This document shows positions 36,556-46,784 of a stretch of DNA of 64,000 nt, one piece after another (within the stretch, counting starts at the first letter, position 1; each line of letters opens with the position of its first letter). The notes beneath the pieces are model-generated. The model ran no database searches, had not been told where the DNA came from, and saw only the letters and a program-made list of their open reading frames with translations. The translations under genes were made by a program, and so were the position numbers. This DNA is from Acutalibacteraceae bacterium. Lineage in GTDB: Bacteria; Bacillota; Clostridia; Oscillospirales; Acutalibacteraceae. The DNA lies in the NCBI GenBank assembly GCA_045652065.1, contig JAZRTO010000047.1, positions 2,352 through 66,351 on the forward strand. Direction: 5' to 3'.

Positions 36556-36584
36556 TTGACACCCAAAGGCTGTCATTGTATTAT
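36556..36584 (+). promoter_or_regulatory. Sigma-A type promoter
   Basis: TTGACA at 36556-36561, a 17-nt spacer, and TATTAT at 36579-36584. Confidence 0.45.
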
Positions 36585-36608
36585 TGAAAAAAAGAAGGAG
36601 AAGATATT

Positions 36609-37682
36609 ATGAAAAAAGGAAAAAAAATTCTTGTTGCCGTTTTAGCGGTTTTTCTGGTTATTATACTGAGCGCTCTTGCAGTTTTTCAGGGTGAAGCAAG
36701 GTCATTGCTTTCCGTAAAGGAAAACGGGGAAACGGGTATTTATGAAATCAATTATGCTGCAGATTACAAGCTTCAGGAGCTTCTCGACGAAGGCGGTGCT
36801 GCAACGGAAGAACAGCTTGTGCAGTATATTCTTAAAACTATGCTCAAAGGTCTTCCCATTGAGGTGCCTTATGAGATTCCGAACCTTGCCTGCTCTACGT
36901 TCTATGCTGAAACGCCCGAAAAAGGCTATATTTTCGGCAGAAACCTTGACAATCAGACAACAGACCTTGCTGTGGTAAAAACCTCTCCTAAGGACGGATA
37001 CAGCTCTGTTTCGGTTGTTAACTTAAGCTTCCTCGGATATAATACGGAATATACTCCCGATAAACTTACAGACAGAATAAATATGCTGGCAACTGCTTAT
37101 TTCCCGCTTGACGGTATTAACGAAAAGGGGCTTGCAGTCGGTGTTTTACAGCTTCAGGCACCTGCTACTGCTCAGGATAACGGAAAGCCCGATGTGGGAA
37201 CAACCCTTGCAATAAGAGCAATGCTTGATAAATGCGCCACAACGGATGAAGCAATTGAGCTGCTTCGCGGATTTGATATGTTTGCCGCAGCTAAGGGCTG
37301 CTATCATTTCCAGATTGCTGATGCAGAAGGTAAGAGTGTGGTTGTATCTTATGTTGAAAATGAAATGGTTATAACCGAAAAGAAAAACGGCTTTATTGCC
37401 GCAACAAATTTTTATCTTCACGATGTTCCATTTAAATATGAGAAGCAGGGACTTGACCGTTACGAAATTCTTGAAAAAACTCTGAAGAAAAAGAAATCCG
37501 TTCTGACTGCGGAAGAGGGAATGGATCTTCTTGAGGCGGTAAGAATCAAGGGTACAGATCCTGATGAAAAGGGCAGAGTATATTCAACTCAGTGGTCGGC
37601 TCTTTATGATCTTACCAATAAAACACTTAATCTTTGCGCTGATATGAATTACGATGATGTTTATACCTACAGTGTAAAATAA
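36609..37682 (+). CDS. Secreted/anchored Ntn-hydrolase (choloylglycine hydrolase / C45 acyltransferase-type)
   Basis: N-terminal signal-anchor. A candidate autoprocessing nucleophile in NLACSTF, followed by GYIFGRNLD. Confidence 0.65.
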   Translation: MKKGKKILVAVLAVFLVIILSALAVFQGEARSLLSVKENGETGIYEINYAADYKLQELLDEGGAATEEQLVQYILKTMLKGLPIEVPYEIPNLACSTFYAETPEKGYIFGRNLDNQTTDLAVVKTSPKDGYSSVSVVNLSFLGYNTEYTPDKLTDRINMLATAYFPLDGINEKGLAVGVLQLQAPATAQDNGKPDVGTTLAIRAMLDKCATTDEAIELLRGFDMFAAAKGCYHFQIADAEGKSVVVSYVENEMVITEKKNGFIAATNFYLHDVPFKYEKQGLDRYEILEKTLKKKKSVLTAEEGMDLLEAVRIKGTDPDEKGRVYSTQWSALYDLTNKTLNLCADMNYDDVYTYSVK

Positions 37683-37743
37683 AGAAGCTTTGCCGTCGGG
37701 AAAATGTCTCCCGACAGGCGACCGTTTTAACTGATAAAAAATA

Positions 37744-37792
37744 AATAATGTGATTACAAGGTAAGAAAAACCTGTAATCACATTATTTTTTT
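37744..37792 (+). terminator. Rho-independent terminator
   Basis: Stem of about 17 bp, AATAATGTGATTACAAGG/CCTGTAATCACATTATT, followed by T7. Confidence 0.7.
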
Positions 37793-37807
37793 CAGTAGGA
37801 AAACACG

Positions 37808-38448
37808 ATGAACGAAAAGAGACACAATATCACGGAGCTTGTATTTATTCTTGACATAAGCGGTTCAATGGCAGGTCTTGAAAAAGATACAATAGGCGGA
37901 TTCAATGTTATGCTCGAAAAACAGAAGAAGGAAGAGGGAAGATGTTATATTTCAACAGTACTTTTTGATAATGAGTCGGAGGTTCTTCACGACAGATTAA
38001 ATTTCGATGAAATAAAACCTATGACGGATAATGATTACACCATAAGGGGTTGTACGGCATTGCTGGATGCCATTGGCGGTGCAATTCATCACATCGGGAA
38101 TGTTTATAAATATGCACGGCCCGAGGATGTCCCTGACAGCACTATGTTTGTTATCACAACAGACGGAATGGAGAATGCCAGAAAGTGAAGAAGATGATAG
38201 AAAGCCAGAAGGAAAAATACGGTTGGGAAATTCTCTTTATCGGTGCTAATATTGATGCTGTTGAAACTGCGACACGATACGGAATATCAAAAGACCGTGC
38301 AGTTAATTATATGGCAGATAAGGAGGGAACAGAAATCCTTTACGAGTCAGTTTCCGATGCCGTGGAGGTTGTCTGTTCAAAAAGAAAGCTTGACAGCAGC
38401 TGGAGCAGTCGTATAAATGAAAATTACAGAAGCAGAGATAAGAAGTAA
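37808..38448 (+). pseudogene. vWA-domain protein gene split by a frameshift
   Basis: ORF 37808..38188 carries MIDAS LDISGSM and ends at ...TDGMENARK*. ORF 38185..38448 (VKKMIESQKEKYGWEILFIGANID...) continues the same fold in the -1 frame. The two overlap at GTGA. Confidence 0.55.
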
Positions 38449-38460
38449 ATTTAAAAACAA

Positions 38461-38490
38461 GAAGTCCCTCCGTGCAGGAGGGATTCTTTA
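38461..38490. terminator. Bidirectional terminator between convergent genes
   Basis: Stem TCCCTCC/GGAGGGA flanked by an A-rich and a T-rich run. Confidence 0.45.
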
Positions 38491-38492
38491 AT

Positions 38493-40421
38493 TTAATTTG
38501 TATAAGGCATGGGATGGAAGAAATTGTATGTTTTTTCAAGAAGCTCGTAAGCCATAATTGCATAAGGATTGATAGCATCCCATATAGGCTCATCATAGAG
38601 GGTAATCCATGTGTAAATTCTTCTTGTAAGATGTCTTAAATCATTGCTCGAAATGTCGTGTCCTACGCGCTCACCCATACGGGTAACACCCATTGCAACC
38701 AGATCGTTATAAAGATCCTTGTTTGCCTTCATCCAGAGATACGGATGCTGAAGTCTTGAAAATTCAGAGCGCATTGTTGAGCACTTCCAATATCTCCAGC
38801 TAAGCTCGGAACGGAGAATCTGCTGCATTTGATTATCATTTTCTGTGGTTGCTTTTGCCATTTCCCAGAGTTCATCACAGCGGTTGACATCGCATATTGT
38901 CATTCCGAGAAGAGAAAAACGAGAGTCCTGTTCAAGATAAAGGTGTGTGACCTTTGTAACTGCATGCTTTGTGATGATATCTATGAATTCCTTAAGATAT
39001 ATACCGCCGGGACCGTAAACACCGATAAGATAACCTGTCATTTCCTTATCATAATCAAGGTAAGGATTCTGCATAAGCTTTGAAAGAAGATATGTCTTCA
39101 TTTCGGCAAATTCCGCATCGCATTCGTCAATATAGAAAATGCCCTGCTGATAGATTCCTTTTACGTTGTGCTCATAGAAAATCTGTGTGTTTCTCTGAAG
39201 TGTTCCGAAATTAGCATAAATATTTACGCTTTCATCGCAGTTAAGATTGTAGTTCCAGATATAAAGTCTGTCGCATATTTTGCTCCATGTCTCAAGGTCA
39301 GCCATAAATTTTACATTTTCCTTGCAATCGGGATCATCAAGTGTATGACCGAAGCAGCATTCAATGGAGCAGAGTCTTATAATAACATCCTCACGGGGGA
39401 GAACATTCGTGGGAGCCTTTCTTGTGTACTGATATGCAAATGTATCAATCGCAAGATTTTCATACTTGCCCGTTGCCTTGATTCTTCTTGCAATTTCATT
39501 TGCAAATGTAAGCATTGTGCCTGACTGAGAGCCGTTGGCGTCATCAAGAGCCTTGCAATTTTTACAGGTACAGTAATTGACATTATCTGCCTGTGTAACG
39601 GAAAGAATCTGCAGTGGAGCATCAGGATTGTATTCCTGCTCAAGAAGAGCCAGTGCCTCTTCTGTAACAATATCTGTTACTTCATTATTGGTAAGACAAA
39701 GCTGATCGGGAACACGCGTTCCGTTTACAAGTGCATAATATTCAGGATGCTCTTCAAAATAAACGGATGGCTTGCAGAAGCGGTTTACAAGAGTATGGCT
39801 TGAAGCACCGATGTAATCCACAGTATATCCCTGCTCGGGAGCCAGCTTTTTGTATATACCGCCCGTAACCCCGTTTGCTAATGCAAATTCAGCATCACGG
39901 GAGCTTTTTGTGTCTGTTTCCGAGTATTCGAAATATGGGGTATAGCTGACATTGATGTCAGCGGGAACCGAAAGCTCTGCATTCTCGGGGACTATTATTA
40001 CCTCTGCTTCGTACCAGTGGCAATCGCAGTAGGTTTCAAGGAAATTATAAACACCGTTGATAGTTCCCTTTGAGCCTGCACCGTCAATTATTACTCTCTT
40101 GCTGTCAGAGGTGATTTTGTAGCTGCCGTCAGAAGCATCAGTAAAATCAAAGGAAGAACGGTTTGTTGCGCCGACTGAGATTTCGTATTCTTCACTTTCG
40201 TTGTCTGTTATTACAGCAATGTCGCCGCCTGTAATTTCATCGAGATAGTGCTTGAGTCTTTCTGCAGCATAATTGTCGGTGATGCTTGCATTTGCTGCTT
40301 TTACGATAGCAGCCTTAGTCACATCAAAGCTGTTTTCGGCAGAAAAGCCTTCAAACACGAATAAAGAAAGGGACATGCAGAACACTAAAATGATACTGAT
40401 GAATTTTTTTGTGTTTTTCAC
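38493..40421 (-). CDS. Secreted DUF4838-like (GH20-related) protein
   Basis: Signal peptide. The N-terminal ...AAERLKHYLDEITGGDIAVI pattern and overall size resemble DUF4838 proteins. Family assignment is from memory only. Confidence 0.5.
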   Translation of the reverse strand: MKNTKKFISIILVFCMSLSLFVFEGFSAENSFDVTKAAIVKAANASITDNYAAERLKHYLDEITGGDIAVITDNESEEYEISVGATNRSSFDFTDASDGSYKITSDSKRVIIDGAGSKGTINGVYNFLETYCDCHWYEAEVIIVPENAELSVPADINVSYTPYFEYSETDTKSSRDAEFALANGVTGGIYKKLAPEQGYTVDYIGASSHTLVNRFCKPSVYFEEHPEYYALVNGTRVPDQLCLTNNEVTDIVTEEALALLEQEYNPDAPLQILSVTQADNVNYCTCKNCKALDDANGSQSGTMLTFANEIARRIKATGKYENLAIDTFAYQYTRKAPTNVLPREDVIIRLCSIECCFGHTLDDPDCKENVKFMADLETWSKICDRLYIWNYNLNCDESVNIYANFGTLQRNTQIFYEHNVKGIYQQGIFYIDECDAEFAEMKTYLLSKLMQNPYLDYDKEMTGYLIGVYGPGGIYLKEFIDIITKHAVTKVTHLYLEQDSRFSLLGMTICDVNRCDELWEMAKATTENDNQMQQILRSELSWRYWKCSTMRSEFSRLQHPYLWMKANKDLYNDLVAMGVTRMGERVGHDISSNDLRHLTRRIYTWITLYDEPIWDAINPYAIMAYELLEKTYNFFHPMPYTN

Positions 40422-40456
40422 AGTAATCTCTCCTCAAAAAAATAATGTTGCAGGTA

Positions 40457-41617
40457 CTATATTGACCACATACTGTCAAGGAATCGGGTTATTCTGTGTG
40501 GAAATGCTCTGAAAAATCCGTCGACATTGTTTTTCAGTTCAACACCGTCTACATAAATTGCTGTATCCTTAGTAAGCCCCTCGCCTGCAAGAAGCAATCT
40601 TGCGGCAGCAGGAGGTGTCAGCGAAATATCATAGTCACCGTCGGTTTTATAGGTTATTTTTGCTTTTTTGTGCTGATATTCAACCTCGAAAACTCCGTTG
40701 TTGTGCTCTATTGTGTCAATGCTTTTAAGTCGGAAGATGCCGTATTCCTCGGGATACTCATTGTTTTCGAGAATTGTTCTGATATTATAGATTCTTCCGG
40801 CAGCACCGCCTCCGTGCTCATATACAGCACCTGTGATCCTGTCGGCAATCACAGCGAAGGGGGAGCCCTGATACTGATTCTTTACTAATATATGCTTTAC
40901 AAGGCCGTCATAATTTCTGAGAAAGCCTATAAGACCGTATAAAGCCTCGGGGGAGAGTACATACAATTCTTCAACCGTAAGAACATCAGGTCTTTTTATT
41001 GTGAAGCGAACGTATCCGTCAGCAGCTCCGTTTTTGTCGCGGCGGAAATATGTGTAATCGGATTTCTCAAGAGGAGTGTCGCAGAAATGCTTTTTGTCCT
41101 CGCGGAGTGTCAGAAGATTTTCTCTTAATGCACATTTGTTGTGAAGCTCACTTAATTCATTGAACTGCTCTCCTGTGTAAAGGACAGTATCCGTATTACG
41201 GGGAATATTCTTAAGTGCTTCAAAGGGAAGCTTTATTGCAAACATACGGTTGAGATTTGCATAGCCGAACTTTTCATAATATTCGATTGAAAAGGGAGAC
41301 AAAAAGCCCAGAGCCCAGTTATTCTGAAGTGCAGTTCTTTCAATTTCACGGAAAATCTCTCTGATGCCGCCCATCCGTCTGTATTCAGGCTGGGCACATA
41401 CTCCGCTGACAACAACCGAGTCGAGAATATTGCCGCAATAATTGCATCTGAAATCAAAAATTTCAGCTCCCGCAATCAGCTTTCCGTCATGAAATGCACC
41501 GAGCACGGGTATTTCCACGTGGGTATCCTCTTCCTTATTGAAATTCCAGATAAAGGAAGCCGACGAAACCTTAAGGTAATCAACGCCCTCGTTATTGGTT
41601 ATATATCTTACTTCCAT
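40457..41617 (-). CDS. Eis-like GNAT N-acetyltransferase (GNAT + SCP2-like C-terminus)
   Basis: AQPEYRRMGGIREIF acetyl-CoA motif. The 386-aa length is typical of Eis-type proteins. Confidence 0.65.
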   Translation of the reverse strand: MEVRYITNNEGVDYLKVSSASFIWNFNKEEDTHVEIPVLGAFHDGKLIAGAEIFDFRCNYCGNILDSVVVSGVCAQPEYRRMGGIREIFREIERTALQNNWALGFLSPFSIEYYEKFGYANLNRMFAIKLPFEALKNIPRNTDTVLYTGEQFNELSELHNKCALRENLLTLREDKKHFCDTPLEKSDYTYFRRDKNGAADGYVRFTIKRPDVLTVEELYVLSPEALYGLIGFLRNYDGLVKHILVKNQYQGSPFAVIADRITGAVYEHGGGAAGRIYNIRTILENNEYPEEYGIFRLKSIDTIEHNNGVFEVEYQHKKAKITYKTDGDYDISLTPPAAARLLLAGEGLTKDTAIYVDGVELKNNVDGFFRAFPHRITRFLDSMWSI

Positions 41618-41638
41618 AGCATTCTCCGTTTTACGGTA

Positions 41639-43240
41639 TTATTTTTTTGAATCAACAGTAATCTGTTCATTTGCCATCGCTTCAAGCATATCCTTGTTAT
41701 CGCTTTCAACAACCTTTGTCATCATTACACGACGTGCAAGAAGCTCCTTATACATAGCTTCCTTCTTTTCGTTGTTAAGATCATAGAAAAGCATAGGGAT
41801 AATACCGAGGGAGCCCGTAACTGCAGGGATAATTGTGAACATTGCAAACAGATAGAACTTGACCTTATCGGTCTGCTCCGTTCCCTGTCTGAAAGCATTG
41901 ACCTCGTAGCCGATAAGCTTTTTAATTGCGGTAGTAACGACGTTACTTGTATTTGAAGAAATTTTTGCTGCAATATCCTTTGTAACTGAAGCCATAGCCT
42001 CTGTACGGTAGCCGTTTTTCCATTCGCAGTAGTCCATTGCTTCGTTGTACATTTCCGTTCCGATAACGGATTTAAGACCGAAGAATAATGTCCAGATGAT
42101 TTCCCAGAGAGCCATTGCAATTCCCATGGGCACAATTTTCTGATACATACCGCCCGAGAAATCCTTTTTCATACCAAGGCAGCCGAAGAAGAAGACGGGG
42201 ATGTAGAGAATGTTACCGATTTCTTTTGCAAGAATATAAAGCAGGCGGCTTGAGAAATGTCTTCTCATCCATGGAACCCATGCATAGCTGGCAGGGCTTA
42301 TGGGAGCAGCGGGAATGCCTGCAACAAGAGTCATTGAAGAGAAGTGCAGAACATCGGTATAATAGTCATCCTGACTGCCCTTGATTGCAAATCCGCTTAA
42401 GAAATCGGAAAGGGTAATAAGAAGCAGAGGTTTATTGTTTATAACCGATTTAACTGACATAAGGACACTGGGGGATTTGATTGACTGCATAACTCTTTCT
42501 TTTGACATTCTGAAGAACCAGAAGGAAGCAGCACTTGAGCAAAGGGTTGTGAAAATACCCATACCTGAAAACAGTCCGGTATATGCCTTTGAAAGCTGTT
42601 CGGAGTTATCAAGATATTTGCTTCTTAAAACGTCAATGAGAATTGTTACAGCTTGCTCAGGCAGCTTTTCTCCGAAGAAGCCTGAGGCAAAGTTTGCCAT
42701 TGTAATAAGCCTTGTTCGGTCATTCGGGTGCGGTGTAATGGTTGACATAAGACCCGTTCTGGAAATTGTCTGGAATGTTGTTACACCTTCACGAATAACA
42801 GTCAGAAAGAGATAAAATGCGAATTTTATCATATTTGTCTGCGTTGTGCCTGCAAAGAAGTAGGGCATAAGCCAGTACATAGATGTAAGAATACATCCCG
42901 GAACGGCAAGAAACAGAAGATAAGGTCTGAACTTACCCCAACGGGTACGTGTCTTATCTACAATTGCGCCGAAGAAAATATCGTTTACTATGTCCCATAC
43001 ACTGTTTAATGAGTTAACAAGAGTCTGAAGCCCCAAATCAACCCCCAATATGCTGGTAATAAAGCGTGTGGAATAAATGTTGATATTGAAGCTTTGTGCG
43101 GCATCCCAGATAACAAAACCGAGTGTTTCCTTTGAACCTACATATCTGCGGTCCTGAGTTTCACCTACAAAATTCTGTTCATCTCTGAGGCGCAGTTGTT
43201 CAAATGATTTTGCATTTGAATCTGAAGTATTATTTTCCAT
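41639..43240 (-). CDS. MFS/GPH-family glycoside:cation symporter
   Basis: About 12 TM helices, with GAIVDKTRTRWGKFRPY typical of GPH transporters. Confidence 0.75.
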   Translation of the reverse strand: MENNTSDSNAKSFEQLRLRDEQNFVGETQDRRYVGSKETLGFVIWDAAQSFNINIYSTRFITSILGVDLGLQTLVNSLNSVWDIVNDIFFGAIVDKTRTRWGKFRPYLLFLAVPGCILTSMYWLMPYFFAGTTQTNMIKFAFYLFLTVIREGVTTFQTISRTGLMSTITPHPNDRTRLITMANFASGFFGEKLPEQAVTILIDVLRSKYLDNSEQLSKAYTGLFSGMGIFTTLCSSAASFWFFRMSKERVMQSIKSPSVLMSVKSVINNKPLLLITLSDFLSGFAIKGSQDDYYTDVLHFSSMTLVAGIPAAPISPASYAWVPWMRRHFSSRLLYILAKEIGNILYIPVFFFGCLGMKKDFSGGMYQKIVPMGIAMALWEIIWTLFFGLKSVIGTEMYNEAMDYCEWKNGYRTEAMASVTKDIAAKISSNTSNVVTTAIKKLIGYEVNAFRQGTEQTDKVKFYLFAMFTIIPAVTGSLGIIPMLFYDLNNEKKEAMYKELLARRVMMTKVVESDNKDMLEAMANEQITVDSKK

Positions 43241-43323
43241 AAAATATCACCCCGAAGAATTTATTAGCTTTATGTTAGCAGATAATGCTAAGCATTACAA
43301 TATTAATTATAGATTTTACCCGT

Positions 43324-46300
43324 TTATTTACGGCTGTCGGTCAGTTTTTTTACATCCTTTTTATATTTTCGTCTGTTGTTAAGGCTACGTAATATGTAAT
43401 ACCCCTCGTCCATTGCATACTTATTGTGGAAGTCTCCAAGCTTTACATTTATTGAGAAGGTTCTGTCAATGAAGCGGTCAAGGAAGCATTCAAGCTTGTT
43501 GGGATACATCAGCCTTTTCGCATAATCGGAAAACTCATAGTCAAATTTGCGTTTTTCCAGCTTATCAAAATGTTCATTTCCCTTAATGAAAGGCGTTTTT
43601 CCTTTTGTTGCTGTTGCTGCGAAAATTACTATATCCTCATCCTTTGGAAGTACAATTTCACCGCATCCTTCAAGAGGAATTTCAGCATGGAAAAGATAAA
43701 ACTGTTTTGCAATCATATTGCCGTCTTTATTGTGAGAGTGGGTAAATGTGTGAGCCTGAGGAACCGGATTTATATAACCCGTAAGTCCCTGCTGCATAAG
43801 GTCCCAGTGTCCCAGAGCCTTGAAGCAATCGGGAATCGTAACCTCGGTTACCTTATCACCACAGGTGAATTTCACCTTTTTTTCTCCCGAAAGAGAGGTA
43901 AGCAGAATATGTATATTGTCTGCATCGGCGTTTATTGTACTGCCGTCACATACAAGACAGTTAAGCTTATCCTTTGAAAATTCATAATTGACTCCTGAAT
44001 ATAAAAGAGATTCGGGAGTAATTTCAAGCGGTACCGAAATGCCGTTTTTGAGAGTTGAAGCCTGACAGTTTTTGTCAGAGGTAATTCCCGTGCTGTTGAA
44101 TTTAAGTGTCAGGGGAGTGCCGCAGTCTGCAGATTTTTCTTCCTTCTCAAAGATAAGAGCAAAGCTTCTTATTGAATTCCCGTTAATATCAAAGCTGAGT
44201 TTTCCGTCCTTTACAGGGTAAGAACCCAGTTCAACCTCATCTCCACGTATTTCAAAGGCTTCTTTAACGGGTAAGGAGAATACAGCTTCCACATTTTCAG
44301 CCTTTGCACCTGAACACTCGGTAACACGTAAAATAACTCTGTCTGAGTCCTGAGCTTTTTTGAGCGCGGTTATTCTTACTTTATCGTTATTTAATTTTGC
44401 AGCGGAAAATTCTCTGCCGCCGATTCCCTCGTGTACATCCGTAATGAATGTGTGCATAGGCTGACAGAAGCAATCTGCAAAACTCTGTATACTGTCAGGT
44501 GAGCCTTCGTGGCCCATTATTGCGAAAGAATAGCGGTTAAGTCCCATATCCATTATGTGCTGAGAGCACTCCCAACGGTAATTTGCCATAGGTGTGTGAA
44601 CTATGGTCAGGCGAAGTGTGGAAGCATCGGGCTTGTCCCATCCGGTTCTTGAATCGCTGAAAACTGTAACACCGAAGTTTTCTGTTTCATCTGTTATATC
44701 TGCCCACTTCTGTGCGGGGACTTCATACAGCTTTTCTGTGTTAGTAGGACGCTTTATATAACCTGTACCTATATCGTAATTTGCATTGATATTCTGTGCC
44801 GTGAAATTAAATTCAGCCTTGAGAAGGGATGCTTCCTCTCTCCAGTCAGTTTCATTGTAAACAGAAACATATCTGCTGTCGGGGTCAAGAGAGATAATCT
44901 GTGTAAAACTTGATTTTCCGGAAGTTTTTGTAATTTCAAGGGAAACAAGAGCAGGACCGCAGTCATTTATTCTGATTATCGGAGCTGCTGCATACATGTA
45001 AGGCTTTTCTTTGCAGTCCTCGTATTTTATTTCCCATGCGGGCCAATCAAAGCTGTGGGTATTGTTAAGCACGGAAAGTCTTACGGGATTTTTCAGAAGC
45101 TCTTTTCCGAGAGCTTTATCGAAAATACTTTCTATATCTCCGTTTTTATCAATTTTTACGGTTAAATTTTTGTTTTCAATACAGCTTTCTGAAACGGAAA
45201 GCTCAGTATCAATACTGCAGGTGTTTGCTGCTTCTCTTACATCAAATACTGAAAGACCGCAGGAGGGAACAGCTGCAAAAAATGTAATTATTCTTTCTTT
45301 TTTCGAGATGATTTTTGTCTGCGAGGGAAGCTCTTTACCGTTTTTATCAAAGACTGAGAAGAAGTTTCTGTCAGAATTAATAGTGACACTTACTGCTCCC
45401 GTTCTGTCATTTATTCCTTGTACGGGATTTGATACAACAACGGGAATACCTTTACAGAAGGATGTATCAAGCTGTCCTGACAGAGTTTTACAGGCGGCTG
45501 TATATTCTTCAGAAAATGTATTTAATGACTGTACATAGTCGTTGTGATTTCTGTTGTAGCACTTTTCAAAGGAGGTGCCTGTGATATCATCGTGGAAATG
45601 GTGGGCAATTACCCGTTTCCATGCTCTATCAAGTCCGTCTGAGGGATAGTCTGCCAGTCCTTTTATGTATGCGGCAGTTGAGAATCGTTCAGCGGCATCT
45701 GCAAGGAGTTCACATCTTCTGTTCCAGCGTTTTGTGACTGTTCTTGCAGTATAACTTCCTGCACCGTGTGCCGTAAGAAGAAATTCACCGTCATAAACGG
45801 GCATAATTGCTTTTTGAGCATCGCTCATATTTTCAAGCTTTTCGAAAAATTCCTTTGTTGTTGCAGAGTAAACCTCAGTTTCGGCGTGCTTATTATTTCT
45901 CTGTGCTTTTATTACGTTTTTAACGGAGGATATATGAGGTGAGCCGCCTCTGTCACCGATTCCGTGATAGGCGAAAGTGAAATCAGGCAGATTTTTCTGT
46001 CTGTTATCTTCTATTTTTTTAAGTATTCTTTCTGCTTTATGAAGGGGTCCGAAGGCTGTCGTATACGCAAAGGGCATAAGTGCCGCCCAAACACCGTTGC
46101 CGTCAGCACCCGTCCATTTTCCTGTATCAAAGGGTACGGGTACGGAGCTTCCCCAGAAAAGCTTACCTGTTGAAAATCCCGTAAGTCCAGAATGTGCTGC
46201 AACCGTCGGCAAGGATTTTCCGAAGCCGAAGCAGTCGGGCAGGAAAATGTCGTTTGATTCGGTACCGAATTCCTTCCTGAAATATCCGTTACCGTAAAGT

Positions 46301-46617
46301 ATATTTCGGGTAAGTGCTTCGGGAGAGGGAATATTTACGTCACCGTTTTCATAACAGGCACCGTTTGGGTTCCATCTGCCGTTTTTTATATATTTTTTCA
46401 GCTTTTCGTATTCATCAGGATAATACTCCTTGATGAATTCATATCGGATGCTGCCCTCGAAATTGAATTTATATTCGGGGTAAGTGTCAAGAAGTCTGAA
46501 ATTTTCCTTTAGAGTCTTCGGAATATATTCCGAAATAGTCTGTTCAAGTGTCCATAGCCAGGATGTGTCAAGATGAGCAGTAGCAATTGTGAAAATCTGA
46601 GGTTTTTTGTTTTTCAT
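43324..46617 (-). CDS. Glycoside hydrolase family 38 alpha-mannosidase
   Basis: IATAHLDTSWLW, GDRGGSP and HHFHDDITGTS motifs. 1097 aa, with no signal peptide. Confidence 0.9.
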   Translation of the reverse strand: MKNKKPQIFTIATAHLDTSWLWTLEQTISEYIPKTLKENFRLLDTYPEYKFNFEGSIRYEFIKEYYPDEYEKLKKYIKNGRWNPNGACYENGDVNIPSPEALTRNILYGNGYFRKEFGTESNDIFLPDCFGFGKSLPTVAAHSGLTGFSTGKLFWGSSVPVPFDTGKWTGADGNGVWAALMPFAYTTAFGPLHKAERILKKIEDNRQKNLPDFTFAYHGIGDRGGSPHISSVKNVIKAQRNNKHAETEVYSATTKEFFEKLENMSDAQKAIMPVYDGEFLLTAHGAGSYTARTVTKRWNRRCELLADAAERFSTAAYIKGLADYPSDGLDRAWKRVIAHHFHDDITGTSFEKCYNRNHNDYVQSLNTFSEEYTAACKTLSGQLDTSFCKGIPVVVSNPVQGINDRTGAVSVTINSDRNFFSVFDKNGKELPSQTKIISKKERIITFFAAVPSCGLSVFDVREAANTCSIDTELSVSESCIENKNLTVKIDKNGDIESIFDKALGKELLKNPVRLSVLNNTHSFDWPAWEIKYEDCKEKPYMYAAAPIIRINDCGPALVSLEITKTSGKSSFTQIISLDPDSRYVSVYNETDWREEASLLKAEFNFTAQNINANYDIGTGYIKRPTNTEKLYEVPAQKWADITDETENFGVTVFSDSRTGWDKPDASTLRLTIVHTPMANYRWECSQHIMDMGLNRYSFAIMGHEGSPDSIQSFADCFCQPMHTFITDVHEGIGGREFSAAKLNNDKVRITALKKAQDSDRVILRVTECSGAKAENVEAVFSLPVKEAFEIRGDEVELGSYPVKDGKLSFDINGNSIRSFALIFEKEEKSADCGTPLTLKFNSTGITSDKNCQASTLKNGISVPLEITPESLLYSGVNYEFSKDKLNCLVCDGSTINADADNIHILLTSLSGEKKVKFTCGDKVTEVTIPDCFKALGHWDLMQQGLTGYINPVPQAHTFTHSHNKDGNMIAKQFYLFHAEIPLEGCGEIVLPKDEDIVIFAATATKGKTPFIKGNEHFDKLEKRKFDYEFSDYAKRLMYPNKLECFLDRFIDRTFSINVKLGDFHNKYAMDEGYYILRSLNNRRKYKKDVKKLTDSRK

Positions 46618-46784
46618 AAATTTTTCTCCCCGTTAATATTTAACATTTTTACTTTAGCATAAATAATATACTTTGTCTATATATACAGCACATTTTCGGT
46701 TTTTACTTGTATTGTACGGGAAATAATAGTATAATTATATTTACAAAAATTTGTCTGACACTTCTGTCGGAGGGAGAAAAGAAA

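Noticed and set aside
37690-37725. Hairpin GTCGGGA...TCCCGAC right after the Ntn-hydrolase gene, considered as a terminator.
   Set aside because: No U-run follows it. The strong terminator is the longer hairpin with T7 at 37744-37792.
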